A stretch of DNA of 64,000 nucleotides from the NCBI GenBank assembly GCA_964016885.1, contig OZ024743.1:20770001-20834000 (forward strand). Reading direction: 5' to 3'. How positions within the stretch are numbered: the stretch's first letter is position 1; every line of letters begins with the position of its first letter. The notes beneath the pieces were generated by a model, which made no database searches, was not told the origin of the DNA, and saw nothing but the letters and a program-made list of their open reading frames with translations. The translations under genes and the position numbers were made by a program. Positions 12,830 to 24,931 of the stretch are shown in pieces. This DNA comes from Eledone cirrhosa. Its lineage: Eukaryota.

Positions 12830-14060
12830 CTTCTAGTGGTTGAGGGAGGTTGTCCTCTCAACCAATAGGCTGCTGGATCATGTACTCTGATGATGATGTT
12901 CTTCCACACTTTTCTGTCCATGGCACTGACCTTTGCATGGTCGAGGTTGAGATGCTGCGATTTCAGGTCCCCCTCGATTTGTTTCACCCATGTCTTTGTT
13001 GGTGCACTGTACTGGATTCTCCAGTACATTGGTCACTGTCATAACAAAAGTTGGGGAGGTAGTCATCCGATGCTCATCCTGCAAATATGAGGCTGATCAC
13101 AGATTTGTTGGCATCAAACTATACACAGCTTCATCCTTCGAAAGCTTGCTGCATGATGCTGTTAATGATAACATTGAACAGGAGAGGCAAGAACACATTT
13201 CCTTGTCACACGCCTGTCCTGATGGCGAATTCCTCGGAGAGGTCATTTCTTATCCGGAACCAGGCCTGTTGAACCAACATAGGCAAAGTGTATGAGTGCA
13301 ATGATCTTTTGAGGCACTTGTTCAATTTCTAACAATCTCCATAGGGCAGTCAGGTCGACGCAGTCAAAGTCAGACTTGAAGTTGATGACTACAACCACTG
13401 TCTGCTGCTCACAGCATATTCATTCTTCCAGCAGCTGACAAAGGGCAAAGATTTGGACACAACATCCACGCCCAAGTCGGAAACCAGCTTGTTCTTCTCA
13501 GCTGGTCTGCTCGCGATTTAATGATCTTCATAAAGACCTTCCCAACGATGGAGAGTAAGCTAATGCCCCAGTGGTTTTTGCTTTCTCTGTTGTTGCCTTT
13601 CTAATGGGTGGGAACGATGACAGCCTCCTTCCATCTCAAAGGTATGCTGTCTGATCCCAATATGAGCTGAACGAGTGCAAGGAGTCGTTCAAGCAGCACA
13701 GTACCTCCAGCCTTGATTGCTTCTACAGTGATTTGATCCAAACCAGCGGCCTTCCCATTTTTTAGCAAGGGCACTACTTCTTTCATTTCCTCTAATGTAG
13801 GCTCAGTATTGGCCATTGGAGTGGGGGAGAATCAACAGGTGGTGGAGCTGCCAGTGTTCCTGGGGTTAGTTGTGGTTATAGAGTTCATTAAAGATATCTC
13901 TCCAATGCTGAAGGCATTCAGCTTGCAACCGCACAATGAGGCCATCAGCTTTTCTGATGTTATTGTTGGTATTCCTCGAAGTCGACCAGCTTTACTTTCT
14001 TGCAATTGTCCACCAGGTCGAAGCACTCATTCAAAATCTAGGGTTGCGTCTTGTGTCGAG
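12830..14060 (-). mobile_element. Degenerate RTE-like LINE (RT region to 3' end)
   Basis: Minus-strand remnants LKNGKAAGLDQIT, WKEAVIVP, GFRLGRGC, GVRQG, KTWVKQIEGDL. Confidence 0.8.
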
Positions 14061-14493
14061 TAGGCAGGCACAAGGGCTTGGCACATTCAAGGATGGTACT
14101 ACAATAAAATGTAGCCAGTACACTCTGTAAAGTGACTGGTGTTAGCAGGAACATCCAGACATAGAAGCCATGCTAAAAATTGAAAGCACAAGCAAAACAT
14201 GTTCCTCCAACCTATTTAGGATGGTAATACCTTGAAATCAGAATTGACCGGAACTGTATCAAACAATCTAAATCTTGCCAGCAAGGAAAGTGGCTGTAAA
14301 ATGAGAATGATGATGAATGGTATTTACATCTATCATCAATTATTTTCAATTGTAAAATTTGAACAGATATTGTTTGTAACTGTAACTAATGTGATTATGA
14401 AGATATAAACTATGACCTAGAAAGAGAAAGGTAAAATAATTAAAATTTTCAATAGAAAAAAATTGTAATGTTCATTTTATATGATTTATGTCC

Positions 14494-14529
<36 letters not shown>

Positions 14530-14533
<4 letters not shown>

Positions 14534-14687
14534 ACACACTGGCAGAAGAAGACCAAGGTTGACATATGTTGATGCCCTCAGGACAGACACTGGTCTCTTG
14601 GAGAGACAGGACATGGCAGCAATGATGAGGGACAGAGACGACTGGAGAGAACTCGTCCATGGATCTCAGGAATTTTACCCACCCTAG
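14530..14687 (+). mobile_element. 3' end fragment of another non-LTR retrotransposon (RTE/RTE-X-like)
   Basis: GRRRPRLTYVDALRTDTG...MMRDRDDWRELV, typical C-terminus; lies between (GT)n and (TA)n. Confidence 0.65.
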
Positions 14688-14789
14688 ATATGTATATATA
14701 TATCCCTTCCTTTCCATCTGTCCCCCTTCCTTTGTTTCTCTCTATATCTTTATTATTAATATTATTATTGATGTGGTAATTTGAATTTG

Positions 14790-15165
14790 TAAATTTGCCA
14801 GTTACGCATATATTTTAATATTTTCTCTCAGTCTCTGAGGATATGATGGGGTTAACATGTATTTTAAATTGAGTGGCACTGCTTTCAGTGTTTAGCAATT
14901 TTTAGACACCGTTATCATTGAAACAATTGTTAGACTGTAAATAAATTTCCTTGTTTGTACTGTTGACCATGTTATTCTTTACTTTTTCAATGTTATTACT
15001 CCAAGATATACTTACATAGGAATACAAGTGAAGTCATAAACTCGTCATCCACGTAAACCTCTTGTTGAGTCATACAATGCCGTACGCTAGAACTATCCAT
15101 GATAAGAAGTATTCACAACCTCTAATTGGATTACCTATAACGATATCTTGTTATCCTCACACTCT
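14790..15165 (+). mobile_element. Non-coding hammerhead-bearing element (Penelope/retrozyme-like)
   Basis: Homologous to 6328-6698; contains hammerhead 14829-14937; ends in a CT/TA microsatellite. Confidence 0.65.
14829..14937 (+). ncRNA. Type I hammerhead ribozyme motif with long stem II
   Basis: Stem I CAGTCT/AGACTG; core CTGAGGA 14835-14841; stem II ATGATGG/TTATCAT; GAAAC 14920-14924; palindromic loop AATT; triplet GTT. Confidence 0.7.
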
Positions 15166-15180
15166 CTCTATATATATATT

Positions 15181-15345
15181 AGTAGAAAGTCAAGGTCCAA
15201 CAGTTGAGCTTTTGCCATTTCGAAACAGCAAGGACTCAACCATTGGGTCCTGACTCTGTACTATATTTACACTCTACTATCCCAAGTATTGAGTTCTCTG
15301 GTGAATAATGGTCTTACTAGTTTAAAACTGGTTTAATCCTGTTCT
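15181..15345. repeat. (TA)n-flanked short repeat with imperfect ~40-bp-arm hairpin; relatives at 57078-57165 and 61574-61645
   Basis: Palindrome centred on TTTCGAAA (15181-15262); GAAAC.GC..GAGCTCA.C...GGGT.CTGACTCT-like segment shared with the other two sites. Confidence 0.6.
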
Positions 15346-17450
15346 ATATATATCAACATCAACGTCTGTGTTTTTTTGTCCATGTTTCCATGGTGGGATG
15401 GGTCCTTTTCTGCACAGCATCTCTTCACTTGTTGCGTTCCTTTGTCATCTCCCCTGTTAGTCTCAGGAGATCAGTTCTCACCAACTCTGCCCAGGTCTTC
15501 CTTGGTTTACCTCCATTGTGGTTTCTTTCACTGGGATTTCCTGGCACTTCTTTTATGAGAAATCATCAGCCAGAACTGGCTCTTGTTCTATGAAACAAAA
15601 CCACCCATTTTAAAGGGTTTCTGTTTTAATTAAAATCTCCAACCTAATTTTATATAAGAATAATAAGTTACTATCTTAGTAATGAAATAATTAATAACCT
15701 TAATAAAACCTCTAAATTCTCCAATAATTAATTAAAATAGAGTGACTAGAAATACATTCATAAAAGAGTTGATATTATTGTAGCATTTCATGCATTATAC
15801 TTGTTTATACATTATCAAGTCTATTTATGGGGGTAAACAGTTTGATGTCAACGTTTGGTTATTCAAATGAATGAAGTTTCTTAATATAAAGGATCTCATT
15901 CAACTATGGATAAATTCAATATGACATGACAGTGACATCCATAGTTCATAACAATGAACCTCTACTGGATAACCCTGATAAGACAAATGTGCTTGGTTGC
16001 AATACTTTGCTGCTGCAGCTAGAAGGAAAAAAACTTCTGGATATTATCAGTATTGTTTTTCCGTCCATTTTTTCCATACTTGAATGGGTTGGACAGGTCC
16101 TTTTTAGCTCAGCATCTGTCCACTTGTTGCATTCCTTTGTCATCTACTCTGTCAGTTTCAGCATGTAATCAGCTCTCACCACCTCCACCCAGGTCTTCCT
16201 TGAGAAAATCAAACTGCAGCTTCCTTCCACTGGGATTTCCTGGCATCTTCACCCAGTGCTCATCATCTGTATACATGACATAACCATACCAACACAGTCT
16301 CAACACTAATGATGATAAACAAGATGGATTTGCTTTATCAATAGTAGGTATGATAGCCATATTAACCATTTTGTAATGGTAAAACCGTTATTGAAGAAAT
16401 TATTTTGTTAATATCAGATTTGTGATGATGTCATCAATTGTCTCAAAAGCAAATAAATAATTGCTGTTACTGAAAAGGTTAGATTCTTATTACAATATCA
16501 ATCTGACTGTACCAATTCAAAATCATTCTCAAAGATTGCATGATTCATCTCATTTTTGTAAATTTGATAAAAGCTAGAACTAAAAGACAAAGTATAGAAG
16601 ATGATAGGATTCAAATGAGATTCATAGTTGGCATGCAATCATTTGAGTATAGTATAAATGCATTAGAGTATTTTAAATCAGGTGATATAAAGATTGAAAT
16701 GATTTTAGAATTTCAGATTACTGAGAAAAAATATAGTAACCATCATGTCATATATTGATAGAAACAAGTAGAAATCTAATTCAAATTGTTGCTTTCCTGG
16801 ATATAAGCATGCACCATCATATTAGCTGAAATTTGTATTGAAAGTGTGAAAATGAATCACTTGTAAATCTACGAAAAGGTTTGAGGAAATTTAATAAAGT
16901 GAAAATGAAGATTCTGCAAGTGTTTATGAAATTGGCATACACAATACTGCAATGTTCAATGTGTAACTCAATAATGTTAGCATTAAGATGCAAATTGACA
17001 TTAGCAGTCAGGTAACTGTAACAAGCTCAGAACTTCAGGATAGATTTGAATAAACCTAAATTTAAATTTTGAAAGACCACTTATTGAGATTTCAGTTTGT
17101 CCCATTAATGAAAACTGATATGGGAATGTGTTGTGAATGTCATTACTAAATTTCAAAAAGAATTAATTGCCTGTTTGGTATGGATGGGATGAATGCTGAT
17201 AGCTTAATTCATGAGGATAAAGTTCCAGGAACATTTTGGAGATTAAGAGATGTTATGGCTAACATTCTTCTCAGACCATGTTATTTTGAAGAAAGATCAT
17301 TGCCTATACACATTAAACTATAGCTCCAAATATTGAATCAGTATTTGATTTTCTCTCTGGGATGAATTATTTTTCTAATTTAGATATAAAGGGAACATAT
17401 CATTAGATATGTGTTCTGAAGTTACAATAATTGATATAGCAATAAGTCTT

Positions 17451-17800
17451 TTAACTATTTAGCATTTTAACCGGCAGTATCTGGCTAGAACTCTCTCACC
17501 TCTTTCTGTTAAAACTGGCTGTAACTGACCGCTCATACCTAGATTAAGGTATTGTTCTCAAAATAAATAACAACAAAATCTCATATATTCGATATTATGT
17601 GAGATAAGTATGTAAGATAAAGCCTTTACTGTGAAAATACAATAGTAAGTATAGAATAATTGTTTCTACTTTTGGCACAAGGCCAGCAATTATCCCAGTG
17701 CATTACTGGTGTTTTATTTTATCGACCCCATAAGGATAAACGGCAAAGTTAACCTCGGTGGGATTTGAACTCTAGAATAATGTAAATGCTAAAGGATTAA
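17451..17800. mobile_element. TTAA-flanked MITE (piggyBac-like) nested in the Gypsy relic
   Basis: TTAA-CTATTTAGCATTT ... AAATGCTAAAGGA-TTAA imperfect terminal inverted repeats. Confidence 0.65.
17661..17772 (-). mobile_element. SINE family 1, 5'-truncated, nested in the MITE
   Basis: Family match; TSD TAGAATAAT. Confidence 0.85.
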
Positions 17801-19924
17801 GGTGGACATGTCTTGCATATGGAATTATTGATGAAAATGACTTTGATAATATTATGTATGAAGTAGATGTATGCATTGGTGCTAAAACTGTTGAAAGTCT
17901 ACAAACCAAGGTAGTTAAGATTATAAAAAATATTGTAATAATCAATTGAGTTATGTTTCTGTTAGAGACTGATGTAAAAAAATGTAATGGAATAAAAACT
18001 ACCACATGCTGGTTCATTATCATGGCTGGAAGTTATTAATAGAATTTATTTGGATGATCATGATTATGGGAATGATAATTTCTTCATCCATCTTTTAGAA
18101 ACTGATGTTAGAAGTTGTGAAAATATAAAACCGAAGACTACTAATGATAATATTTTATCTAATACATTAAAAAAAGACTTTTCATAAAAATTAGAGCAAT
18201 TGTTATCTTGTTGAAATTCTATTTTAGTTAATAAACAACATGTTAACAGTTAAAGATAGTATCTTATACTAAAATAATGTGGAGTTACCTCATACTGTGC
18301 ATACATAATCTAAAGAAATTAAAACTTGTATAATGGATACATATACATATGAATCACTTTTATGTCAAGAATTAGGACTGTTCTTGATACTTATTGATAA
18401 GTTGTCAGAAGCAATAAGAGTTAGGAATAAGAAGCAGAAGCTGTTAGGTAAATATTAAGATCTGTGCTTTTCAGAAATGGTGTTTCAGAAAATGTATTGT
18501 TTGACAATGCCTGGGAATTTTATGGTAATGACTTCTGGACATTGCTAAATAAGATAGGATGTGAACCTATGAAACCACCTCCATATCATCCACAATCAAA
18601 TTGAATTGCTGACCTAATGGTTGCAAGTGTTAAAATAAGTTTGAAAGCTTATTCACCAACTAAAGGTTCTATTAATAGACATTGGAATTGAGTGCTTTTG
18701 AGTTATCAGGCAATCATTCTTCTAGGAAGACTTTAGTTCATCTTCTTTGATGAGAAGACAAATGCAATTAACAATGTCTTATGAAATTACAGCTAGCGTT
18801 TGGCAATGTTGCTGAAGAAATGCTGAGCCACAAGAAGTTTGTTTTATATCTCAGGCAGGTAATAATACAGTCGTGATTCATAAGGCTGACCAGGGTGTAC
18901 TAGCCCAGGCAAAAAAAATCAATAATGACAAAAATATTGATAGTGTACAAAATGCAGATACAGTTCCTCAAATTTTAAATGATTTTCCAAACTACTGCTA
19001 AAGATTGTGATTTGGCAACTGATACAGGAACAAAAATAGAAATGATACTTACAAGATGCATTTCTCAAATAATGAAAGAAATTAAAGCTATTTGTTTCTG
19101 CGAGATGTTTTATCATTAAGCTAACATTGTTGGAGAGTTGCATATATTTGAAAGTTTTGTCAAATGATATTTCTTTAGAAACATGAACAGACTTCTTATG
19201 TTTGCATTAAATCTATTTGACTTCCACACAGTCTCTTCAAATATTTAATTTTTGAAGTTCTGTAATTTTTGTGTGACTTCATTTATTTAATGTATTTATT
19301 TATTTAATCTAAAATAAATATATGTCCAAACATTTAAAATAAATTATGAAATTCATGTAAAATTTCTTAAATTAATTGCTTAACCTTTACCAAACATTTT
19401 AGATAGAAACTCACCCTGTATTATTAATTATAACATAACCATACGAATTACGTTATTATCTAAATTAGACTGATGAAAATTGATATTAATTGAATTAAGA
19501 TTTTGTACGATTTATCAAATTTATGATCTTTGAAAATTCTAATAAAATATCCATGCCTAAATATAAAATATTGACTTAATTTAATTGAGTTTTTGAACAA
19601 AGTGTCTGTTGAAAATTGCTGAATTCATTTTTAGAAAGGCTTCTTAAAGGGAAATATTCATTTAAAATTTAAAGATGTCTCCTTATATTTTATAAGAAGC
19701 AATTATTTTTTATAGTGTTAATGAACAGAAATCATAACCATTTATATCATTGCTTTATTTTAGCATACACAAACATATTGTTTATTATGTTGTATGGAAA
19801 CCCTTATGTGTATGATGACCATTCACTTGTTAAATGTTTTATAGCTTAACATTTGTTTGCCATTTTTCTTGTTTTTCCTCCTATAGATGCAGCACAGCAA
19901 AATAGTTTTGTTTTATAATCATTA

Positions 19925-20095
19925 GAGCTTAGATTCAATCCCACTCTGTGTGTGGCAGCTTGGGAAAGATTAATTTACCATAGCTTATGCCCAATAAGCG
20001 AAATTGATTAGACAGAAACTGTTTGGAGACTCTTCAAATGGACTAGAACTGTAATTCAAAGGAGAAATCTTGTCACACACTGTGTTTAGTAGCTG
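19925..20095 (+). mobile_element. Degenerate CORE-type SINE fragment
   Basis: TTCAATCCCAC...GGCAGCTTGGGAAAG...AGACAGAAACTG resembles cephalopod CORE-SINE bodies (from memory). Confidence 0.4.
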
Positions 20096-20099
20096 AAAT

Positions 20100-21237
20100 G
20101 GGGTTTCTCTGATGGGTCTAGGGATATTATTATACCCTTGACACGACTCGAGGGTTCTCCCAGCCCTTTGCTTCTAACTCTCCTATAAACTCAGCTATGG
20201 TTGTCAGCTTAAAGGAGCTTCCATGGAGCGCCAGTTTTAAACTACTCACAGAGGGTCTGAAGAAAAATGATAAATAGAAGTGGACTGAGGACAGATCCAT
20301 GGTGGACTCCCACCTGCATTTCAAATTCATCACTGTACTCATTTCCAACTCTCACTCAGCTGGTTGCTCCTCTATGTATGGCCCGCATGGCTCTCACAAG
20401 CCATTCGTCTACACCTAGCTTCCTAAGTGCCTACCAGATTATCAAGAATGGGATCCTATCAAAGGCTTTCTCTAGATCTACAAATACTAGGTACAGTGGC
20501 TTACTCTTCACTAAATACCTTTGCTAGAGTTGTCTCACCAGAAATACATCCAAACTGCATCTCATATAACTTGATTCTATCCCTGATTAATTGAGCTATA
20601 ACCCTTTAACTTTAATGACCTGGTCCATTAAGTTGAAGCCTCTATAGTTCTCTCTAGTGCACCCCCTTTGCCCTTGTAGCAATTTACAATGACACTGCTA
20701 TGCCAGTCATTAAGTATGACATCATCCTGTACTACATGATTAACTATGCATCTGACTAGCTCATATCCTACCATGCCAGTTGCTCTTAGTATAAAGCCCA
20801 CATTCTTTGCTTACCTGCCAGGGATTCCCCTACATCTCTTGTATACACATAGTTTGCATTTGGAACAAAGAATGGAATTTCTTCCTACTCCTTTCCTGTA
20901 TACAAAACAAAGCCTGAAATGATCAGGGTGTGTTTTCCTTTCTACTTACTAGGAATTTAGTTGCCAAGTTCACTTTAAAACCTTCTGATTCCAAGTTTTG
21001 CTTCCAGGTCTAAAATTTCTTCTCTAATCCTGCTTCAGATTCAGCATATAGAAGTTCTGATGGGCAGCCTGTTTTAAACTCCTCTGTTATAACTAGAGGA
21101 TGATAATAAACAGAAAATGACTGAGAACAGAGCTCTGGTGGACTTCCATTTGCAACCTAAATTCTCACTATACTCATTGTTCACTCTACTCTTGCTGACT
21201 GCACCTCTGAACATAAGCCATTCATCTACCCCTAGTT
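20100..21237 (-). mobile_element. Old rearranged RTE LINE fragments (two overlapping RT segments)
   Basis: Remnants of GVHHGSVLSPLLF, DLEKAFDR, NYRG, GRNSILC; two partial copies joined near 20790. Confidence 0.85.
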
Positions 21238-21572
21238 ATCATCATCATCATCATTCATCATTTCATTTTACGTCCACTTTTCCCTGCTTGCAAGGGTGGG
21301 ATGGGAACTGATTCTGGCTTGATTTCTTGATGCCCTTCCTAACACTAACACCAACCTCATTTACAGTGAGTGGTGGGTGCCTTTTTGCCGTGGCACCTCC
21401 ACGACCACTTTGCAGTGGAATGATAGGGACTCATCTCATTTCTACAGCTGAGTAAACTGGAGCAATGTGAAATAAAGTGCCTTGCTCAAGGAAACAACAC
21501 ATCACCCGATCTGAGAATTGAACTCACAACCTTTCGATTGCAAGGCCAATGCTCTAACCACTAAGCCATGTG

Positions 21573-21574
<2 letters not shown>
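21238..21574 (-). mobile_element. tRNA-derived SINE family 2, full length
   Basis: Near-identical to 3858-4244; (ATG)n tail; followed by (TA)n(GA)n. Confidence 0.85.
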
Positions 21575-21625
<51 letters not shown>

Positions 21626-21638
21626 GGAGAGAGAGAGA

Positions 21639-22599
21639 GATGTAGCGGGATCTCAGGAAGCTTATTTAAGAATGTAGGCTTCACATGCAGCAGCTGTGCT
21701 GAGACAGCAAGCAGCAAACAGCCACAGGAAACAAGTACCACCAATCTCTGGGAGGGCTCTGTGGAAACAGTAGACAGCTTCTGCTACCTAGGTGACCGAA
21801 TTAGCAGCGGGGGTGGGTGTTCAGAAAGTACAATAACTAGGGTAAGAACGGGATGGAAGAAGTTCAGGGAACTACTGCCACTGCTAGCTGAAAAAGGCTT
21901 CTCCCACAAAATGAAAGGCAGATTGTATGATGCGTGTATCCGAACAGCGATGTTGCATGGTAGTGAGACCTGGGCGCTGAAGGTGGAAGACTTACATAGA
22001 TTAGAGAGAAACGAAGCCTGCATGCTCCGGTGGATGTGTAGCAGTAATATACGCGAACGAAAAAGCATAAATGAATTGAGAGAGAGACTGAGAGTAAGAG
22101 GAATCAAATGCTGTGTGCAGGAGAGGCGGTTGCGCTGGTATGGACATGTGATGCGTATGAAGGATGACAGCTGCATAAAAGGTGCAGAGCACTAGAAGTC
22201 GATGGAAACCGCGGAGTGGGGAGACCCAAGATGACCTGGGATGAGGTGATAAAAGCCGACCTTACCCAATTACACCTCTTAAAGGCGATGACACACGACC
22301 GTGACCTCTGGCGTCACGCAGTAATACAGAGTACCCGACCTCGCATGGGTACAAGCTGAAGCATATAGACAATATGCCCCCACACCCCCCACCGCAAGGT
22401 GGTCGTGGACGTGTAGACACCACGAAAAAGCACCCAGCACACACTGTAAATGAGGTTGGTGTTAGGAATCGCATCCAGCTGTAGAAATCAAGCCAAATCA
22501 GTTCCTGTATGAGCAAGGCATGGTCAGCCGACCAGACACTGCCCACAACAGGACAACCCTTCTAACCCATGCTAGCGTGGAAGAACGGACGTAAAACGG

Positions 22600-22633
<34 letters not shown>
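21639..22633 (+). mobile_element. RTE LINE family A, 3' fragment
   Basis: FCYLGD, MLHGSETW, RLRWYGHVMRM; 3' UTR; long (GAT)n tail followed by (TA)n. Confidence 0.95.
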
Positions 22634-22656
22634 ATATATATATATATATATATATA

Positions 22657-22698
22657 TGACGATGAAGATAAAGATTATATAATGAGGTTTATATACAG

Positions 22699-22735
<37 letters not shown>

Positions 22736-22782
22736 TATAAATATAAATAAACCTCATTATATAATCTTTATCTTCATCATCA
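22657..22782. repeat. Inverted duplication centred on (TA)n
   Basis: TGACGATGAAGATAAAGATTATATAATGAGGTTTAT ... ATAAACCTCATTATATAATCTTTATCTTCATCATCA. Confidence 0.9.
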
Positions 22783-23176
22783 GCTTTTCCATGATGGCAT
22801 TAATATTAGACACTTATATTCTGACCAATAAGCATTTTATCTTCTCTACAATGTAACTACTATTCCTATTCAAGCCAATGAAAGAGTCTTGATCTGCTAA
22901 AAATAGTAGCCAACTCTCTCAAATCATACTGTATCTTTAATTGTTTCAAAACAAATCAACCCAAAAACTGCTTCTGATGCTATAGAGAGAAAAAACATGA
23001 ATTTAACTTATTCATATTTAAATTAAAATCTTCCAACATAATTTTATATAAAATACAAATTTTTTAATGTTATAAATACTATCTTCATAACCAAAATATG
23101 TTTAGAAAGTCCCTCCAAACATTTCATTGGTTATTTTAAATACAGTGTATTTAATCAGAAATATGGTAATGGAAGT

Positions 23177-23392
23177 CATCATCATCATCGTTTAACATCC
23201 ATTTTCCACTCTAGCATGGGTTAGATAGGTTGTCCCATTTAAGGCGAGTTGGGTCAGGTTACCATATCTTGCTCATATAGAACTGTTTCTGGCAAGATTA
23301 CTACAGCTAGATGCCCTTCCTAACACCAACCACTTTACAGTGTGGGCTGAGTGCTTTTTGGCAAGACACCTACATGACCACCTTATAGTGTT
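23177..23392 (-). mobile_element. RTE-related 3' module (Ceph-like body + tail), no ORF
   Basis: ATGCCCTTCCTAACACCAACC, GCATGGGTTAGA stem and (ATC)n on + strand, as in the family A 3' UTR. Confidence 0.7.
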
Positions 23393-24577
23393 GAAAACAA
23401 AAAAGAAAAAAAGACATTGTATATGGTGCTGGATACACTCTCTCCGAAAAAAGATGGGAATTGGTTTGACCTGGTGCTTCTAATCCTGCCTTTTTTTATC
23501 TTTAAAATTCAACCCAATGCACCATAATCAAATTAACACCTGGAAATCCTATTAGAGGTATCTATTTTTTAATATTTATCTGGCAGCCCTATCTTTGATG
23601 TTTACTTCAGTTTTCTATTGAAATGATCTGATAATTCATCTTTTATTTCACAGCTTTTATATCATTTGGAAACTATTTGATCTTCTCACTCTTTTATGCA
23701 TAGCTACATATGTATTGCTGATGCCCTTAAATCATTTCTAAACATTTAGTTATTGCTTTATTTGTTTTGTATAGATTTTCATATATTCTGATAGAAAGAA
23801 ATAATACAATGTAATAATTTTGGATCTTCTTTTGGATCTGCTTGTTTCTAACTGGACCTATAAAGAAACATTTTTCTTTCCTTTTCATTTCTCCAATGCA
23901 TATGAAATATTTTAAATTCATCAGCCTCTTAAATTTAGTTAAGAATTACTTCTGTGTACAATTACTGTCAATAGTGTACTGGATTACCATCAGAAAATAT
24001 ATCACCAATGCTGTTCTCTAGCAACTAATACAAACACTTTTTATTTCAGTATAGTTACAAATATGTATCATAGTAGGTAGATTTTACTGCTACTTAGTAC
24101 AAAAGAATTTTATTATTAATAAATATTTGTTTAGCTAAGTTCAAGTTCTCTTTTAGCACAATATACTCTGCTGCTAACATTCAAGTTAGGTTTCATATCT
24201 GCGGTCAGCTTTTATGCTCATCAGTTTCAAAGGCCCAGTGTGAGATTTAAGACTGCATTCCCCATTTACTTATTTAGCTTTTGCTACTAGATCAGAGATG
24301 TTCATCTAACATTAAAGTCATTAACATCAAATGGCTATCTTATTACCGATAATATGATGGCAATTTCACCTGTTACAGCTTTGCTTTATCAAGATAATGA
24401 TATAAATAGAAATTGTTTATTATTGTCAATTTTAAAATTATTACAATGGCTTTAGTTACTACTTGGATTTATTTATCTATTATTTTGTAGTCTCATTCTT
24501 CTTTGCTCAGATATTTATCAATATTTAATATCTATAATAAACAATATACTTTCATTTCAACATCATTATTATTGCAA

Positions 24578-24765
24578 GTGGATTGGCAGTATCGGTAGAG
24601 GGTCGGACGCCATGCTTTCCAGCATAGTTACGTCCCTTTACGATCTGAGTTCAAATCCCGCCTATGTTGACTTTGCCTTTCATCCTTACAGGGTCGATAA
24701 AATAAAGTACCAGTAATGCACTGGGTAATTGCTGGCCTTGTGCCTAAAGTAGAAACAATTATTAT
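24578..24765 (+). mobile_element. SINE family 1, near full length
   Basis: A/B boxes and central domain; TSD TTATTGCAA. Confidence 0.9.
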
Positions 24766-24893
24766 TGCAAATAATCATGATGTTGAAATGAATATTGTTT
24801 ATCATAGGTATGTTCTCTCTATTTGGTTATCTATTTATCTCTGTCATGCAAACACACACACAATCTCTTTTTTCTTTCTCTCTTTTAATCCAT

Positions 24894-24931
<38 letters not shown>

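Larger units (their letters stand above)
16540..18920 (+). mobile_element. Highly decayed Gypsy/Ty3-like LTR retrotransposon internal region (integrase relic 18330-18720)
   Basis: Frameshifted translation WIHIHMNH...LFLILID...FRNGVSENVLFDNA...KIGCEPMKPPPYHPQSN*IADLMV matches the integrase core (PYHPQSNG motif); upstream extent uncertain. Confidence 0.6.

Noticed and set aside
19862-19920. Strong polypyrimidine tract + AG
   Set aside because: No donor or sustained reading frame follows
24195-24235. Minus-strand CTGATGA-GC-ATAAAA-GC hammerhead-like start
   Set aside because: No GAAA, cleavage triplet or stem I partner
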